Below, in pieces: positions 55,951-64,000 of a DNA stretch of 64,000 bases. The position numbers and the translations under genes were made by a program. How positions within the stretch are numbered: position 1 is the stretch's first letter; each line of letters opens with the position of its first letter. Where the stretch lies: NCBI GenBank assembly GCA_030059665.1, contig JANVYR010000001.1:32001-96000 (forward strand), in the 5' to 3' direction. The notes beneath the pieces are model-generated. The model saw nothing but the letters and a program-made list of their open reading frames with translations. It was not told the DNA's origin and did not search any database. Origin of the DNA: Candidatus Calditenuis fumarioli. Its GTDB lineage: Archaea; Thermoproteota; Nitrososphaeria_A; Caldarchaeales; Calditenuaceae.

Positions 55951-57414
55951 TCAAGGAGCCCTCCTTTTCGGTGACAGCAGCTGCAAGATGAACGCTCCCT
56001 GCCCCGCAGCCAGCAACGCGCCGAAGGTCAGCAGAGCAGCAACGCCCTCGGAGCCGACGGGCAACGGATAAGCCCTGCGGGGCGCGCCGAGGGAACCCAT
56101 GAAGGCCATCGTGTAGAGGAGCCCGAGGGCCGCGACGGCCGTGAGCACTATGTGGGCGTATGCCAGCTTCGGGTTCTCCGGCCTCCCGAAGAGCAGCCTG
56201 TAGCTGTGGTAGAGCGCACCGATCCAGATCAGGGTCACGGCGATCAGGATCGTCATCAGGTGGGCCGTGGCCGCGTAGGTCCCGTGAAGCCTGAAGGCCC
56301 ATCCGATCGTGCCGAGCTGCATCGCGAGAAAACCGTCAGCTATGTAGACGCCGAAGCCGAGCATGGCCGCGAGGACCGCAGGCGTCAGCCGCAGGCCGAA
56401 AACGTAGGACGTTGCGAGGACGTTGAAGACGGAGAAGGCCGCACCGAACCCCGTCAGCCAGCTGGCGACCTGTCCCGTGTAGCTAAGCCCCTGGGGCTGG
56501 GAGGTGGGCATCGTGAACAGATGGTGGGGGAAGGCCATGATCGCTGCTGTGGAGTAGAAGACGATCGCGAAGAGCCCGAGCTTCTCGCTGAAGAGCGTCC
56601 TCGCCCTCTGCTCCTCCGAGGCCGTGTAGCGCGGGATCAGCCAGTAAACGGTTCCGAGCGCCATTATCCCCATGGCCTCCATCAGGTTGTGGGCGAATAT
56701 CCAGAACGGGTAGTTGAAGTTCATGGGTGTAAGAGCCCAACCGATGGAACCCAACGGGACGATGCCGACGAGCGCCAGGCCGATCGCGACCGCACCAACT
56801 GTGATCGCCGCACCGAGGGGAGGCAAGATGAAGACGTAAGGGAGCATCCCGGCCATCCCGGAGGGGTTGAGCGTTCCCATGAACCTCTCGAGGACGAGGG
56901 CCTCCTGCGTCTTGCCTCCGAAGACGAGCCGCGCCAGCGCAGCCGGGTAGAGGGCCACCACCACCGCGAGCACGAGAACCACTCCCCAGACGAAGACGGT
57001 CAACCCCTCCATCGACCAGAGGCCTTTGAAGACGCCGACCGCCGGCAGCGGGAACATCAGGGTGTAGCTGGTCCTGACGCCGAGGCCGAGGACAGACGCC
57101 GCTATCATCAGCATCCCCAGGTTCAGCAGGACGTATGATGCCTTGACCAGGAGACCCTTCACCGGTTTGCCGTAGCAGAATCCAGCCCTCAGCAGCGAGA
57201 GGCCCATCATCAGCTGGAAGAGGCCGCCGAAGGTCATGACGGTCCCGTGGAAGGTGAGAAGCGTGTTGTATTCCGGTATCCTCAGCAGACCGGTGGCGTG
57301 GGCCAGGACCATCAGCAGCCCAGCGGTGCCGCCGGCGAGGAACCAAGCCAGCGAGGTCAGCACCATCAGCCTCGGATACCTCGTCAGGTCCTCCAGTTTC
57401 ACGCCGGCCTCCAC
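55951..57414 (-). CDS. Heme-copper oxidase superfamily subunit I, B-family-related, NO-reductase-like active site
   Basis: 12-TM; FHG (helix II), FWIFAHNLME (helix VI), FPHH (helix VII), LHGTY..AHLM (helix X), PRR. Confidence 0.88.
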   Translation of the reverse strand: MEAGVKLEDLTRYPRLMVLTSLAWFLAGGTAGLLMVLAHATGLLRIPEYNTLLTFHGTVMTFGGLFQLMMGLSLLRAGFCYGKPVKGLLVKASYVLLNLGMLMIAASVLGLGVRTSYTLMFPLPAVGVFKGLWSMEGLTVFVWGVVLVLAVVVALYPAALARLVFGGKTQEALVLERFMGTLNPSGMAGMLPYVFILPPLGAAITVGAVAIGLALVGIVPLGSIGWALTPMNFNYPFWIFAHNLMEAMGIMALGTVYWLIPRYTASEEQRARTLFSEKLGLFAIVFYSTAAIMAFPHHLFTMPTSQPQGLSYTGQVASWLTGFGAAFSVFNVLATSYVFGLRLTPAVLAAMLGFGVYIADGFLAMQLGTIGWAFRLHGTYAATAHLMTILIAVTLIWIGALYHSYRLLFGRPENPKLAYAHIVLTAVAALGLLYTMAFMGSLGAPRRAYPLPVGSEGVAALLTFGALLAAGQGAFILQLLSPKRRAP

Positions 57415-57415
57415 G

Positions 57416-57967
57416 TCACACCACCCTGAACTTCGATGCCATCGCGGAGTGGCCGTCGCCGCAGTACTCGAGGCACCTCACCGTGTACTCTCCTGGTTCC
57501 CTCAGCTCGAGGACGATCTCCTCGGTCATACCAGGCATCAGCATGACCGTTGCGAGCAGCTCTCCCTTCGGCGAGTAGACGGCAAACGCGTGGATCGCAT
57601 CGAGGCTCCTGGCGACGAACTTGACGACCCCGGTTCTGAGCTCGTACGCGTCCAGCCTGTAGCCCCACATGAAGGCCTCCACCTGGACGACCTGCGTGGG
57701 CTCCTGTTGCGTCGAAACCGCTGTCTGGGCCTGGATCCAAGGTATCCACTGGATGCTGACCAGGTTGATCGCGGTCCACGTCAAGCCGATCGCTATCAAC
57801 CATACCACCTCCGCGGCCCTGATGAGGCGCTCGTTCTCCCGCAGTCCCTCCGCTGAAGCTCGCTTCCCCCTCCTCACCGAGAGCAGGAACAGCGCGACGA
57901 ATACCACTAGGAAAGGTGCCGTGAGGTAGACGAAGATCAGGACCGCGCCGGCACCTGTGCCCATCAT
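57416..57967 (-). CDS. Heme-copper oxidase subunit II (CuA)
   Basis: Two TM helices; A.MWGY, SLDAIHAF, CLEYCGDGHSAM. Confidence 0.9.
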   Translation of the reverse strand: MMGTGAGAVLIFVYLTAPFLVVFVALFLLSVRRGKRASAEGLRENERLIRAAEVVWLIAIGLTWTAINLVSIQWIPWIQAQTAVSTQQEPTQVVQVEAFMWGYRLDAYELRTGVVKFVARSLDAIHAFAVYSPKGELLATVMLMPGMTEEIVLELREPGEYTVRCLEYCGDGHSAMASKFRVV

Positions 57968-57987
57968 CGCCAGACCCTTTTCCCCGT

Positions 57988-57997
57988 CAATATATAG
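57988..57997 (-). promoter_or_regulatory. TATA box for the HCO operon
   Basis: Minus-strand TATATATTGA 21-30 nt upstream of ATG 57967. Confidence 0.5.
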
Positions 57998-58212
57998 CCG
58001 TTATACTGGAATTAGGCTGCAATAAGACCACCAAAAAGGGAACCGCAGCGACGGGCTGTTCGCCTAGGGACCACCACAGAGCGGGCCGGTTAGCTCCACG
58101 AGGAGAGGACGGTCCATCGAGACGGCGCGAGCGGAAAGGTCAGGGACGCGTCTGCTGGGTGGCATCGGTGGGAAGACGCGCGTTAAACGCTTAAATCAAA
58201 TGCGCTGGGGAT

Positions 58213-58788
58213 GTGGGTGTGAGCCTGAACCTGAAGGTGACGACGATAATGAACCGCGACATAGCAGCGGTCGATGCGGACAGCACCGTCGAGGAGGCTG
58301 CGAGGGTGATGGCGTCCCGGAACATCGGTGCTATCGCGGTGAAAAGGGGAGGAGAGATCGTGGGGATCATGACCGAGCGGGACGTTCTGAAGCGCGTGGT
58401 GGCGGCCGGTAGGGATCCGAGGACGACGCGGGTGGAGGAGGTGATGAGCAGCCCTCCGATATCGGTGGACTCGAACGCCACGGTGGGAGAGGCCGTCGAC
58501 CTGATGAACAGGAGGGGAATAAGGAGGGTCTTCGTCAGGGAGGGCGGAAGGATCGTTGGGATCTTCACCCAGCGCGACGTGCTCGCCCTGATGAGGGTCT
58601 GCCTCTACTGCCTCGGGGAGATAATCCGTACGCCCGGCGCTCCGAGCTCAGGCCTCATCGGCTGCAGGTGCGGTGCCCTCTACCACGCAGACTGCGCCAG
58701 AACGGTGGTTTACTGCATCGACTGCGGATCGAAACTGGTCGAGCTCGTCGAGTACACGTCACCTGAAGACACGATGGCTGCCGACTGA
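58213..58788 (+). CDS. CBS-pair protein fused to a C4HC3 (RING/PHD-like) zinc finger
   Basis: Two CBS repeats (GIMTERD, GIFTQRD), then C130-x2-C-x17-C-x-C-x4-H-x2-C-x6-C-x2-C171. Confidence 0.85.
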   Translation: MGVSLNLKVTTIMNRDIAAVDADSTVEEAARVMASRNIGAIAVKRGGEIVGIMTERDVLKRVVAAGRDPRTTRVEEVMSSPPISVDSNATVGEAVDLMNRRGIRRVFVREGGRIVGIFTQRDVLALMRVCLYCLGEIIRTPGAPSSGLIGCRCGALYHADCARTVVYCIDCGSKLVELVEYTSPEDTMAAD

Positions 58789-58799
58789 GGGGGCGATCG

Positions 58800-59600
58800 A
58801 TGGACTTCGAGATCCCCTTCTTTTTCTATCACCAGGGGAGGAGGTTAGCGACCGTCTCGATTGAGCTGATGAGGCCGGTCCGGAACCTCGGAAGGGTGCT
58901 CGACGCGCTTGAAAGTTCAGGCATCTCGGTGCTCGGGCTCACCAGCTGGTTGCCGTCCGGTGACTCGGAGTGCGTGGGCTTCCTGATGGTGGTGGACACG
59001 ACAGGACACGGAAGCGATCCGGGTGAGCTGGTCAGGAAACTCTCCGAGCTCCCTGGGGTCACTAACGTCAGGATCTGGCGCTCCGGGATCGACGGTTTCG
59101 CGGCGATGACGCCGAACGGCTTCCCGACCTTCATCGGCGAACGGGTGTACGTCATGCCATCGGTCGTCTTCAAATCCATCTACCACGCTCTGTACAGGAG
59201 CCACGGAAAGACCCTCTTCGTCATCCTTTACCTCGCAGGAAAGGCAACGGGCGAGAGGGCAGCCGAGCTCAGATCCCTCTTCATGGATCAGGAGGCGGAG
59301 CCACTCGAGTCGCTGGTCGCGATCCTCAAGGTGCTCGGCCCTCCGCTGGGAGTCCTAAGGGACGTCGAACGTTTGGAAACGAATGGAGACGTCACGAGGC
59401 TGATGGTCGAGGATCTGGCGGACTGCGTGGCTCTGAGGGAGCTGAGCCCAAGAGCTCCGACAGGTCACTTCCTCCGCGGGTTCATCGAGGGCTTCATGCG
59501 GTCGCTCGGCGAACCGGTCGAGGTCTTCGAGACGGAGTGCATCAACCTCGGACACCCGAGCTGCGAGTTCGAGCTGAAGCGCACCGGTGTCCACAGCTGA
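58800..59600 (+). CDS. ACT-like + V4R domain ligand-sensing protein
   Basis: N-terminal ACT-like (RNLGRVLDAL..GISV); V4R C-terminus DC..GHFLRGFIEG..ETEC..GHPSCEF. Confidence 0.75.
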   Translation: MDFEIPFFFYHQGRRLATVSIELMRPVRNLGRVLDALESSGISVLGLTSWLPSGDSECVGFLMVVDTTGHGSDPGELVRKLSELPGVTNVRIWRSGIDGFAAMTPNGFPTFIGERVYVMPSVVFKSIYHALYRSHGKTLFVILYLAGKATGERAAELRSLFMDQEAEPLESLVAILKVLGPPLGVLRDVERLETNGDVTRLMVEDLADCVALRELSPRAPTGHFLRGFIEGFMRSLGEPVEVFETECINLGHPSCEFELKRTGVHS

Positions 59601-59654
59601 TCCATTGGACTGGAGAAATGAGAAGAGGCGGACAACAAAATCGCCTTCTCGATT

Positions 59655-61127
59655 TCAGAACTGATACCTCTCCCTGAGGGCGTGGTACAGGTCGAGGTCC
59701 GAGACCACCTCATCGACCGGTGCGGGGTCGAGCTCCCTCGGATCCGATATGCGGCCGTTGATGGCGGATGCGGCGGCGGTCGCTGGGCTAGCCAGGTGGG
59801 TCCTGGCGTTGGGGCCCTGACGGTGCTCGAAGTTCCTGTTCGACGTCGAGACGCACCTCTTACCCGGCTCAACCCTGTCGCCCGGAGCCATCGCGATGCA
59901 GTAGCTGCATCCGGAGTTCCTCCACTCGAACCCAGCCTCGATCAGCACCCTGTGGATGCCGAGACGCTCCGCCCACCTCTTCGTTACCATCGATCCCGGA
60001 ACGACCACTGCCTTGACCCCTGGAGCCACCCTCCTCCCCTTCACGAGACGGGCCACCTCTATCAGGTCCGAGAGCCTCGCGTTGGTGCACGAGCCGATGA
60101 AGACCACGTCAACGGGCGTCTCCGAGATCTTCTGGCCCGGCCTCAGGCCCATGTACTTCAGAGCCCTCTCCACCGAGACTCTCTGCGCCGGATCGGCGAA
60201 GTCCTCGGGCGATGGCACCTCCTCCGTGACGCCCACCGTCTGGGCCGGGTTGGTGCCCCAGGTGACCTGAGGCTCGATCCGGGAGACGTCGAACTCGTGC
60301 CTCTTGTCGTAGACCGCGTCGTTGTCGGTCCTGAGCTGGGCCCAGTACCTCACCGCCTCCTCCCAGTCCTCGCCCCTCGGTGCCAGCGGCCTCCCCTTCA
60401 GGTACCTGAGCACCTTCTCGTCAGGGGAGATTATCGCGGTCCTCGCGCCCCCCTCGATGGACATGTTGCAGAGGGTCATCCGGTCGTCGACGCTCATCCT
60501 TTCGACCGTCTCGCCGGTGAACTCCATCACGTGCCCGATGCCTCCTCCTGTCCCGATGCTGCGGATCACGTAGAGGATCACGTCCTTGGCAGACACGCCC
60601 TCCCTCATCTGCCCCCTCAGCCTGATCTCCATCTTCTTGGGCTTCTTCAGCCAGAGCGTCTGCGTCGCGAAGACGTGCTCGCCCTCGCTCGTCCCGATCC
60701 CGAAGGCTAGGGCACCGAAGGCGCCGTGGGTGCTGGTGTGGGAGTCGCCGCAGGCCACGGTCAGACCCGGGAGCGTGAGGCCGAGCTCCGGCATGATCAC
60801 GTGAACGATCCCCTGGTAAGGGCTGAAGTAGTCGAACAGCGTTACGCCGAACTCCCTCGCGTTCCTCTTGAGGGCCTCCATCTGGGCCGCCGACATCTCG
60901 TCCGTCACGGGCAGCGTCCTGTCGTAGGTCGGGACGTTGTGGTCCATCACCGCGAAGGTCAGGTCCGGCCTCCTCACCTTCCTCTTAGCGGCCCTCAGCC
61001 CCTCGAAGGCGATCGGAGAGGTGACCTCGTGCGTGTAGTGGCGATCTATGTACAGGAGGGTCATGCCGTCCTCGCGCTCAGCCAGGGCGTGTGCGTCCCA
61101 GATCTTCTCGAAGACCGTCCTTCCCAC
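59655..61127 (-). CDS. leuC: 3-isopropylmalate dehydratase large subunit (bacterial-type)
   Basis: EKIWDAH, IDRHYTHEVTSP.AF, QGIVHV, CGDSHTSTHGA, RMTLCNMSIE, GSCTNAR, CSYC, STSNRNFE. Confidence 0.95.
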   Translation of the reverse strand: MGRTVFEKIWDAHALAEREDGMTLLYIDRHYTHEVTSPIAFEGLRAAKRKVRRPDLTFAVMDHNVPTYDRTLPVTDEMSAAQMEALKRNAREFGVTLFDYFSPYQGIVHVIMPELGLTLPGLTVACGDSHTSTHGAFGALAFGIGTSEGEHVFATQTLWLKKPKKMEIRLRGQMREGVSAKDVILYVIRSIGTGGGIGHVMEFTGETVERMSVDDRMTLCNMSIEGGARTAIISPDEKVLRYLKGRPLAPRGEDWEEAVRYWAQLRTDNDAVYDKRHEFDVSRIEPQVTWGTNPAQTVGVTEEVPSPEDFADPAQRVSVERALKYMGLRPGQKISETPVDVVFIGSCTNARLSDLIEVARLVKGRRVAPGVKAVVVPGSMVTKRWAERLGIHRVLIEAGFEWRNSGCSYCIAMAPGDRVEPGKRCVSTSNRNFEHRQGPNARTHLASPATAAASAINGRISDPRELDPAPVDEVVSDLDLYHALRERYQF

Positions 61128-61191
61128 GTCCTGCCTCTAAAAAAGAACCCTCCTAAAACCCTGTTGCTCGATCCGGGGCGGATGGGTTGCC

Positions 61192-61620
61192 TCAGATCTT
61201 CCGGACAGGCGTCCGCGCGCCGCAGGCCTCGCAGACGAGGAACCTGAACCTCTTCTCCGCGACGATCTGGGTGTCTATCCCTCCGCAGACCGGGCACTTC
61301 ACGAACTCCTTGTAGTAGAGCTGGAGCAGCTTCCCCAGCTCCTGCTCACCTATTTTTCCGTTGATGACGAGCCTCTCTCCCTCGAGCGTTCCGGGCTTAC
61401 CCGTCTCCTTGAAGATGAACCTGGCGAGGTGCTCAGGGTCACGTCCCAAGGCGTCAGCCAGCTGCTTGAAGTTGGTTATCACGGTCCTCCGGTGGTCCTG
61501 GAGCAACGTCGGCCTCAGCGCGATCTCCCTCTCACCACCTCCTGCAGCTCTGCCCTTCAGCTGCGAGTAGAGCCGGTCCAGCAGGGCCACGTACGCTTCC
61601 CGTCCCGAGAGCTCGGTCAA
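61192..61620 (-). CDS. eif2b: Translation initiation factor aIF-2 beta
   Basis: Y..LLDRLY, TVITNF, RDPEHL..FI.KE.G, KCPVCG..DT, CEACGA; start refined to TTG 61620. Confidence 0.93.
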   Translation of the reverse strand: MTELSGREAYVALLDRLYSQLKGRAAGGGEREIALRPTLLQDHRRTVITNFKQLADALGRDPEHLARFIFKETGKPGTLEGERLVINGKIGEQELGKLLQLYYKEFVKCPVCGGIDTQIVAEKRFRFLVCEACGARTPVRKI

Positions 61621-61809
61621 CGGCGACGAGTTGTTGGCAGCCGTATTTGGCTTTGAGCGCACGACGTCCTTTCGCCCTTTGGGAGCCCAGGGATCGCGGA
61701 CAAACCAATTAGCTGGACGGATCGGTCCGGTCCATGGGCGCCCTCTCGTCAGAGGAATCGCATGCGAACCGGTTAAGGGTCCGTCGTCCCGTCCAGGTGC
61801 GGCGCTGAG

Positions 61810-62943
61810 GTGGTCGCGGTGAGGGTCGCCGTTGTTGGCGGCGGGCCTGCGGGTCTCGTGGCGGCGAGGGAGCTGGCGTCTTCAGGTTTCGAGGTGACCG
61901 TCTTCGAGGAGGACGAGGTCATCGGCAGGCCCGAGCACTGCGCAGGCCTCTACAGCGTCTCTGGTCTCCGCCGGATCGCGGGACTTGAGAGGAGGTTCCT
62001 TCTGAATGCGATCAGAGGGGCAGTCTTCACGTCCGTCAGGGGGAGTACGTTCGAGCTCAGGTTCCCCCATCCCGTGGCCGTGGTCGCCGACAGGGAGGAG
62101 CTCGACAGGCACCTCGCCGAGCAGGCCCTTTCAGCGGGGGCCGAGATCCGCCTCGGCACCGGGGTCGTGGGCGTCAGGAGGGGCATGAGGCACTCCGTGG
62201 TGACGAAGGAAGGGTCGTCGGAGTTCGATGCGGTGATCGTGGCAGAGGGGATGTCGCGCAGGCTCACCCGGTCCCTCTTCGGAGACCCCTTCGGAAGGCC
62301 ACCGCTCCCGATAGCGCAGTTCCTGATCAGCCGCCACGGCCTCGAGCGCGACAAGGTCTACGTCTGGTTCGAGCGGTACCTCGACGAGTACTTCTCGTAC
62401 GCCGTCCCGATCGACGAGGAGCTGGCGCGCGTCGGTCTGGCCTGCAGGAGGAACGTGATGGAGCTCGCCCGGAGGTTCCTGAAGGAGAGGTTTCCGGAGG
62501 CCAGGGTCCTGGGCCACTACGTCCACTCGATATGGCTCGACGGCCCGGCCAGCGTGGGGCTCGACGGAAGCGTCGTCCTCGTGGGAGACTGTGCGGGCCA
62601 GAACAAGCCTCTCACAGGTGGGGGCGTCGTGGTGGGAGGCCTCTGCGCTCTGGCAGCGGCGCGCCACGTAGCGGTGCTCCTGAACGAGGGAAGGGACGGC
62701 ACCTACCGGAGGCTCGTCAGGGGGATCTACAGGGACCTGAACTGGACCAAGAGGCTCAGGGACTGGGCCTCCAGGAGGATCGACCCGTCAGACGTCGTGG
62801 AGCTCGCTGCCGAGGCCGGTCTCGATGACGTGCTGAGGAGGGTCGGAGACATGGACATGCACTTCCGGACGCTGCTCATGTCCCTCCCTAACCCACGGGG
62901 CCTGATGTTCCTCGCGGGCCTCATCCGGTCGCTGCTGGTCTAA
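61810..62943 (+). CDS. Geranylgeranyl reductase-family flavoprotein
   Basis: VVGGGPAG, G.PEHCAG, DREELD..LA, GDCAGQ.KP.TGGG. Confidence 0.85.
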   Translation: MVAVRVAVVGGGPAGLVAARELASSGFEVTVFEEDEVIGRPEHCAGLYSVSGLRRIAGLERRFLLNAIRGAVFTSVRGSTFELRFPHPVAVVADREELDRHLAEQALSAGAEIRLGTGVVGVRRGMRHSVVTKEGSSEFDAVIVAEGMSRRLTRSLFGDPFGRPPLPIAQFLISRHGLERDKVYVWFERYLDEYFSYAVPIDEELARVGLACRRNVMELARRFLKERFPEARVLGHYVHSIWLDGPASVGLDGSVVLVGDCAGQNKPLTGGGVVVGGLCALAAARHVAVLLNEGRDGTYRRLVRGIYRDLNWTKRLRDWASRRIDPSDVVELAAEAGLDDVLRRVGDMDMHFRTLLMSLPNPRGLMFLAGLIRSLLV

Positions 62944-64000
62944 CCCCTGGCCTCTATCGGCACGTACCTCTGTCCCGGCTCGGGTCCGGTGTACAGGTGG
63001 AGGGGCCTGATGAGCCTGTTGTCCTTCCAGTACTCGAGGACGTGCGCCACCCACCCGACGACCCTGCTGACCGCGAAGACCGCTGTGAAGTACCCGGGAG
63101 GTATGCCTATCGCGGTGTAGACGATCGGCGTCCAGAAGTCCACGTTGGGGAATAGGCCCCTCGAGGAAAGCTTCTCGATGGCAGCCTGCTCGAGCCTGAC
63201 CGCGATCTCGTACAGGGTCTTCACGCGCCCACCCGCCAGCTCCGCGGCCCTAGCGGCCATCGCCTTCACGTACTTCGCCCTCGGGTCGTAGATCTTGTAG
63301 ACCCTGTGGCCGAAGCCCATCACCCTCCTCTTCTCAGCGAGCGTCCTCTCCAGCCAGCTCTCAACCCTGTCCGGATCGCCGATCTCCACGAACTGGTAGT
63401 ATGCAGCCTCGGCAGCGCCGCCGTGGAGGGGGCCCTTCAGCGTCATCAGACCGGTGACGATCGAGGAGTAGACGTCGCTCAGCGTGGAGGCCGTAACGAC
63501 CGCACCGAAGGTCGAGGCGGGGACGCCGTGCTCCGCGTGGAGGATCAGGATGTCGTCGAGGAACTCCACCTGGTACTGCTCCGGTCTCTTGGAGGTGACG
63601 AGGTAGATCAGGTTCCCTGCGATCCCCAGCTCGGGCTGCGACTCGATCGGCTCCTCCCCCCTCTGGACCCTGATCGTGTTCCCCAGGACAGAGCCGGCCT
63701 TGGCCACCGCTTTGATCGCGTGCTCCATCTGGTCCTTCGCCTGCGGCGGGTCCTTCGACGCGAAGAGGTAGAAGGCCGCCAGCGCGTCCATCGGGCCCGT
63801 TCGCTTCGCGGCGTACTGGACGTCCCTCTTCTCCTCCGGGGTGAGCTCCATCTCGGACCTGAGCTTCGTCAGGAACGCCTCGAACTCCGACCTGCGGGGA
63901 AGCCTGCCGTTCAGGAGGAGGTAGGAGACCTCCTCGTAGCTGCTCTTCTCCGCCAGCTCCTCCACGTCATATCCCACGTAGTACAACTTCCCGTGCTCGG
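62940..64000 (-). CDS. gltA: Citrate synthase, 5'-truncated by window edge
   Basis: L.Y.GYD, HAEHG..AST, LKGPLHGGA, MGFGHRVYK.YDPRA, PNVDF, SRVVGW.AH, RLIRP. Confidence 0.95.
   Translation of the reverse strand, partial: EHGKLYYVGYDVEELAEKSSYEEVSYLLLNGRLPRRSEFEAFLTKLRSEMELTPEEKRDVQYAAKRTGPMDALAAFYLFASKDPPQAKDQMEHAIKAVAKAGSVLGNTIRVQRGEEPIESQPELGIAGNLIYLVTSKRPEQYQVEFLDDILILHAEHGVPASTFGAVVTASTLSDVYSSIVTGLMTLKGPLHGGAAEAAYYQFVEIGDPDRVESWLERTLAEKRRVMGFGHRVYKIYDPRAKYVKAMAARAAELAGGRVKTLYEIAVRLEQAAIEKLSSRGLFPNVDFWTPIVYTAIGIPPGYFTAVFAVSRVVGWVAHVLEYWKDNRLIRPLHLYTGPEPGQRYVPIEARG

Noticed and set aside
29303-58005. TATAAC-N-GTTATA-like near-palindromes at 29303-29317 and 57993-58005
   Set aside because: Both coincide with TATA boxes, which are inherently near-palindromic
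1-64000. CRISPR arrays, rRNA, IS elements, integrases, selenocysteine/pyrrolysine readthrough
   Set aside because: No regularly spaced repeats, rRNA motifs, transposase/integrase ORFs or interrupted conserved genes were seen by eye

Overview
High-GC thermophilic archaeal chromosome segment. It is most likely TACK; an Aigarchaeota/Nitrososphaeria-like affiliation is inferred from gene types (Ala-type proteasome beta subunit, archaeal GAPDH-PGK, KEOPS, aCPSF1, TFB, intron-containing tRNAs) and was not established by a search. About 58 real CDSs, mostly core genes (proS, cysS, aIF1A, aIF1, aIF2-beta, tfb, kae1/bud32/rdgB, gap/pgk, trpB2, leuC, citrate synthase), plus an acyl-CoA/Mo-hydroxylase catabolic cluster with ABC transporters (1.9-20 kb). 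Three tRNA genes and one C/D-box sRNA candidate were found by hand. Most notable: (1) a tRNA-Gly identical to consensus except for a rewritten anticodon loop (GC-CCC-GG), sitting next to a low-GC ABC-ATPase + PD-(D/E)xK-like island enclosed between two convergent tRNA genes; (2) a two-subunit CuA heme-copper oxidase with Glu in place of the cross-linking Tyr and a His/Met low-spin heme site (NO-reductase-like), transcribed divergently from a CBS-RING/PHD-finger fusion and an ACT-V4R sensor; (3) a DNA methyltransferase translationally coupled to an unknown multi-winged-helix protein. Most of the long overlapping ORFs in the track are GC-rich shadow ORFs. No CRISPR array, rRNA, transposase or integrase was seen.
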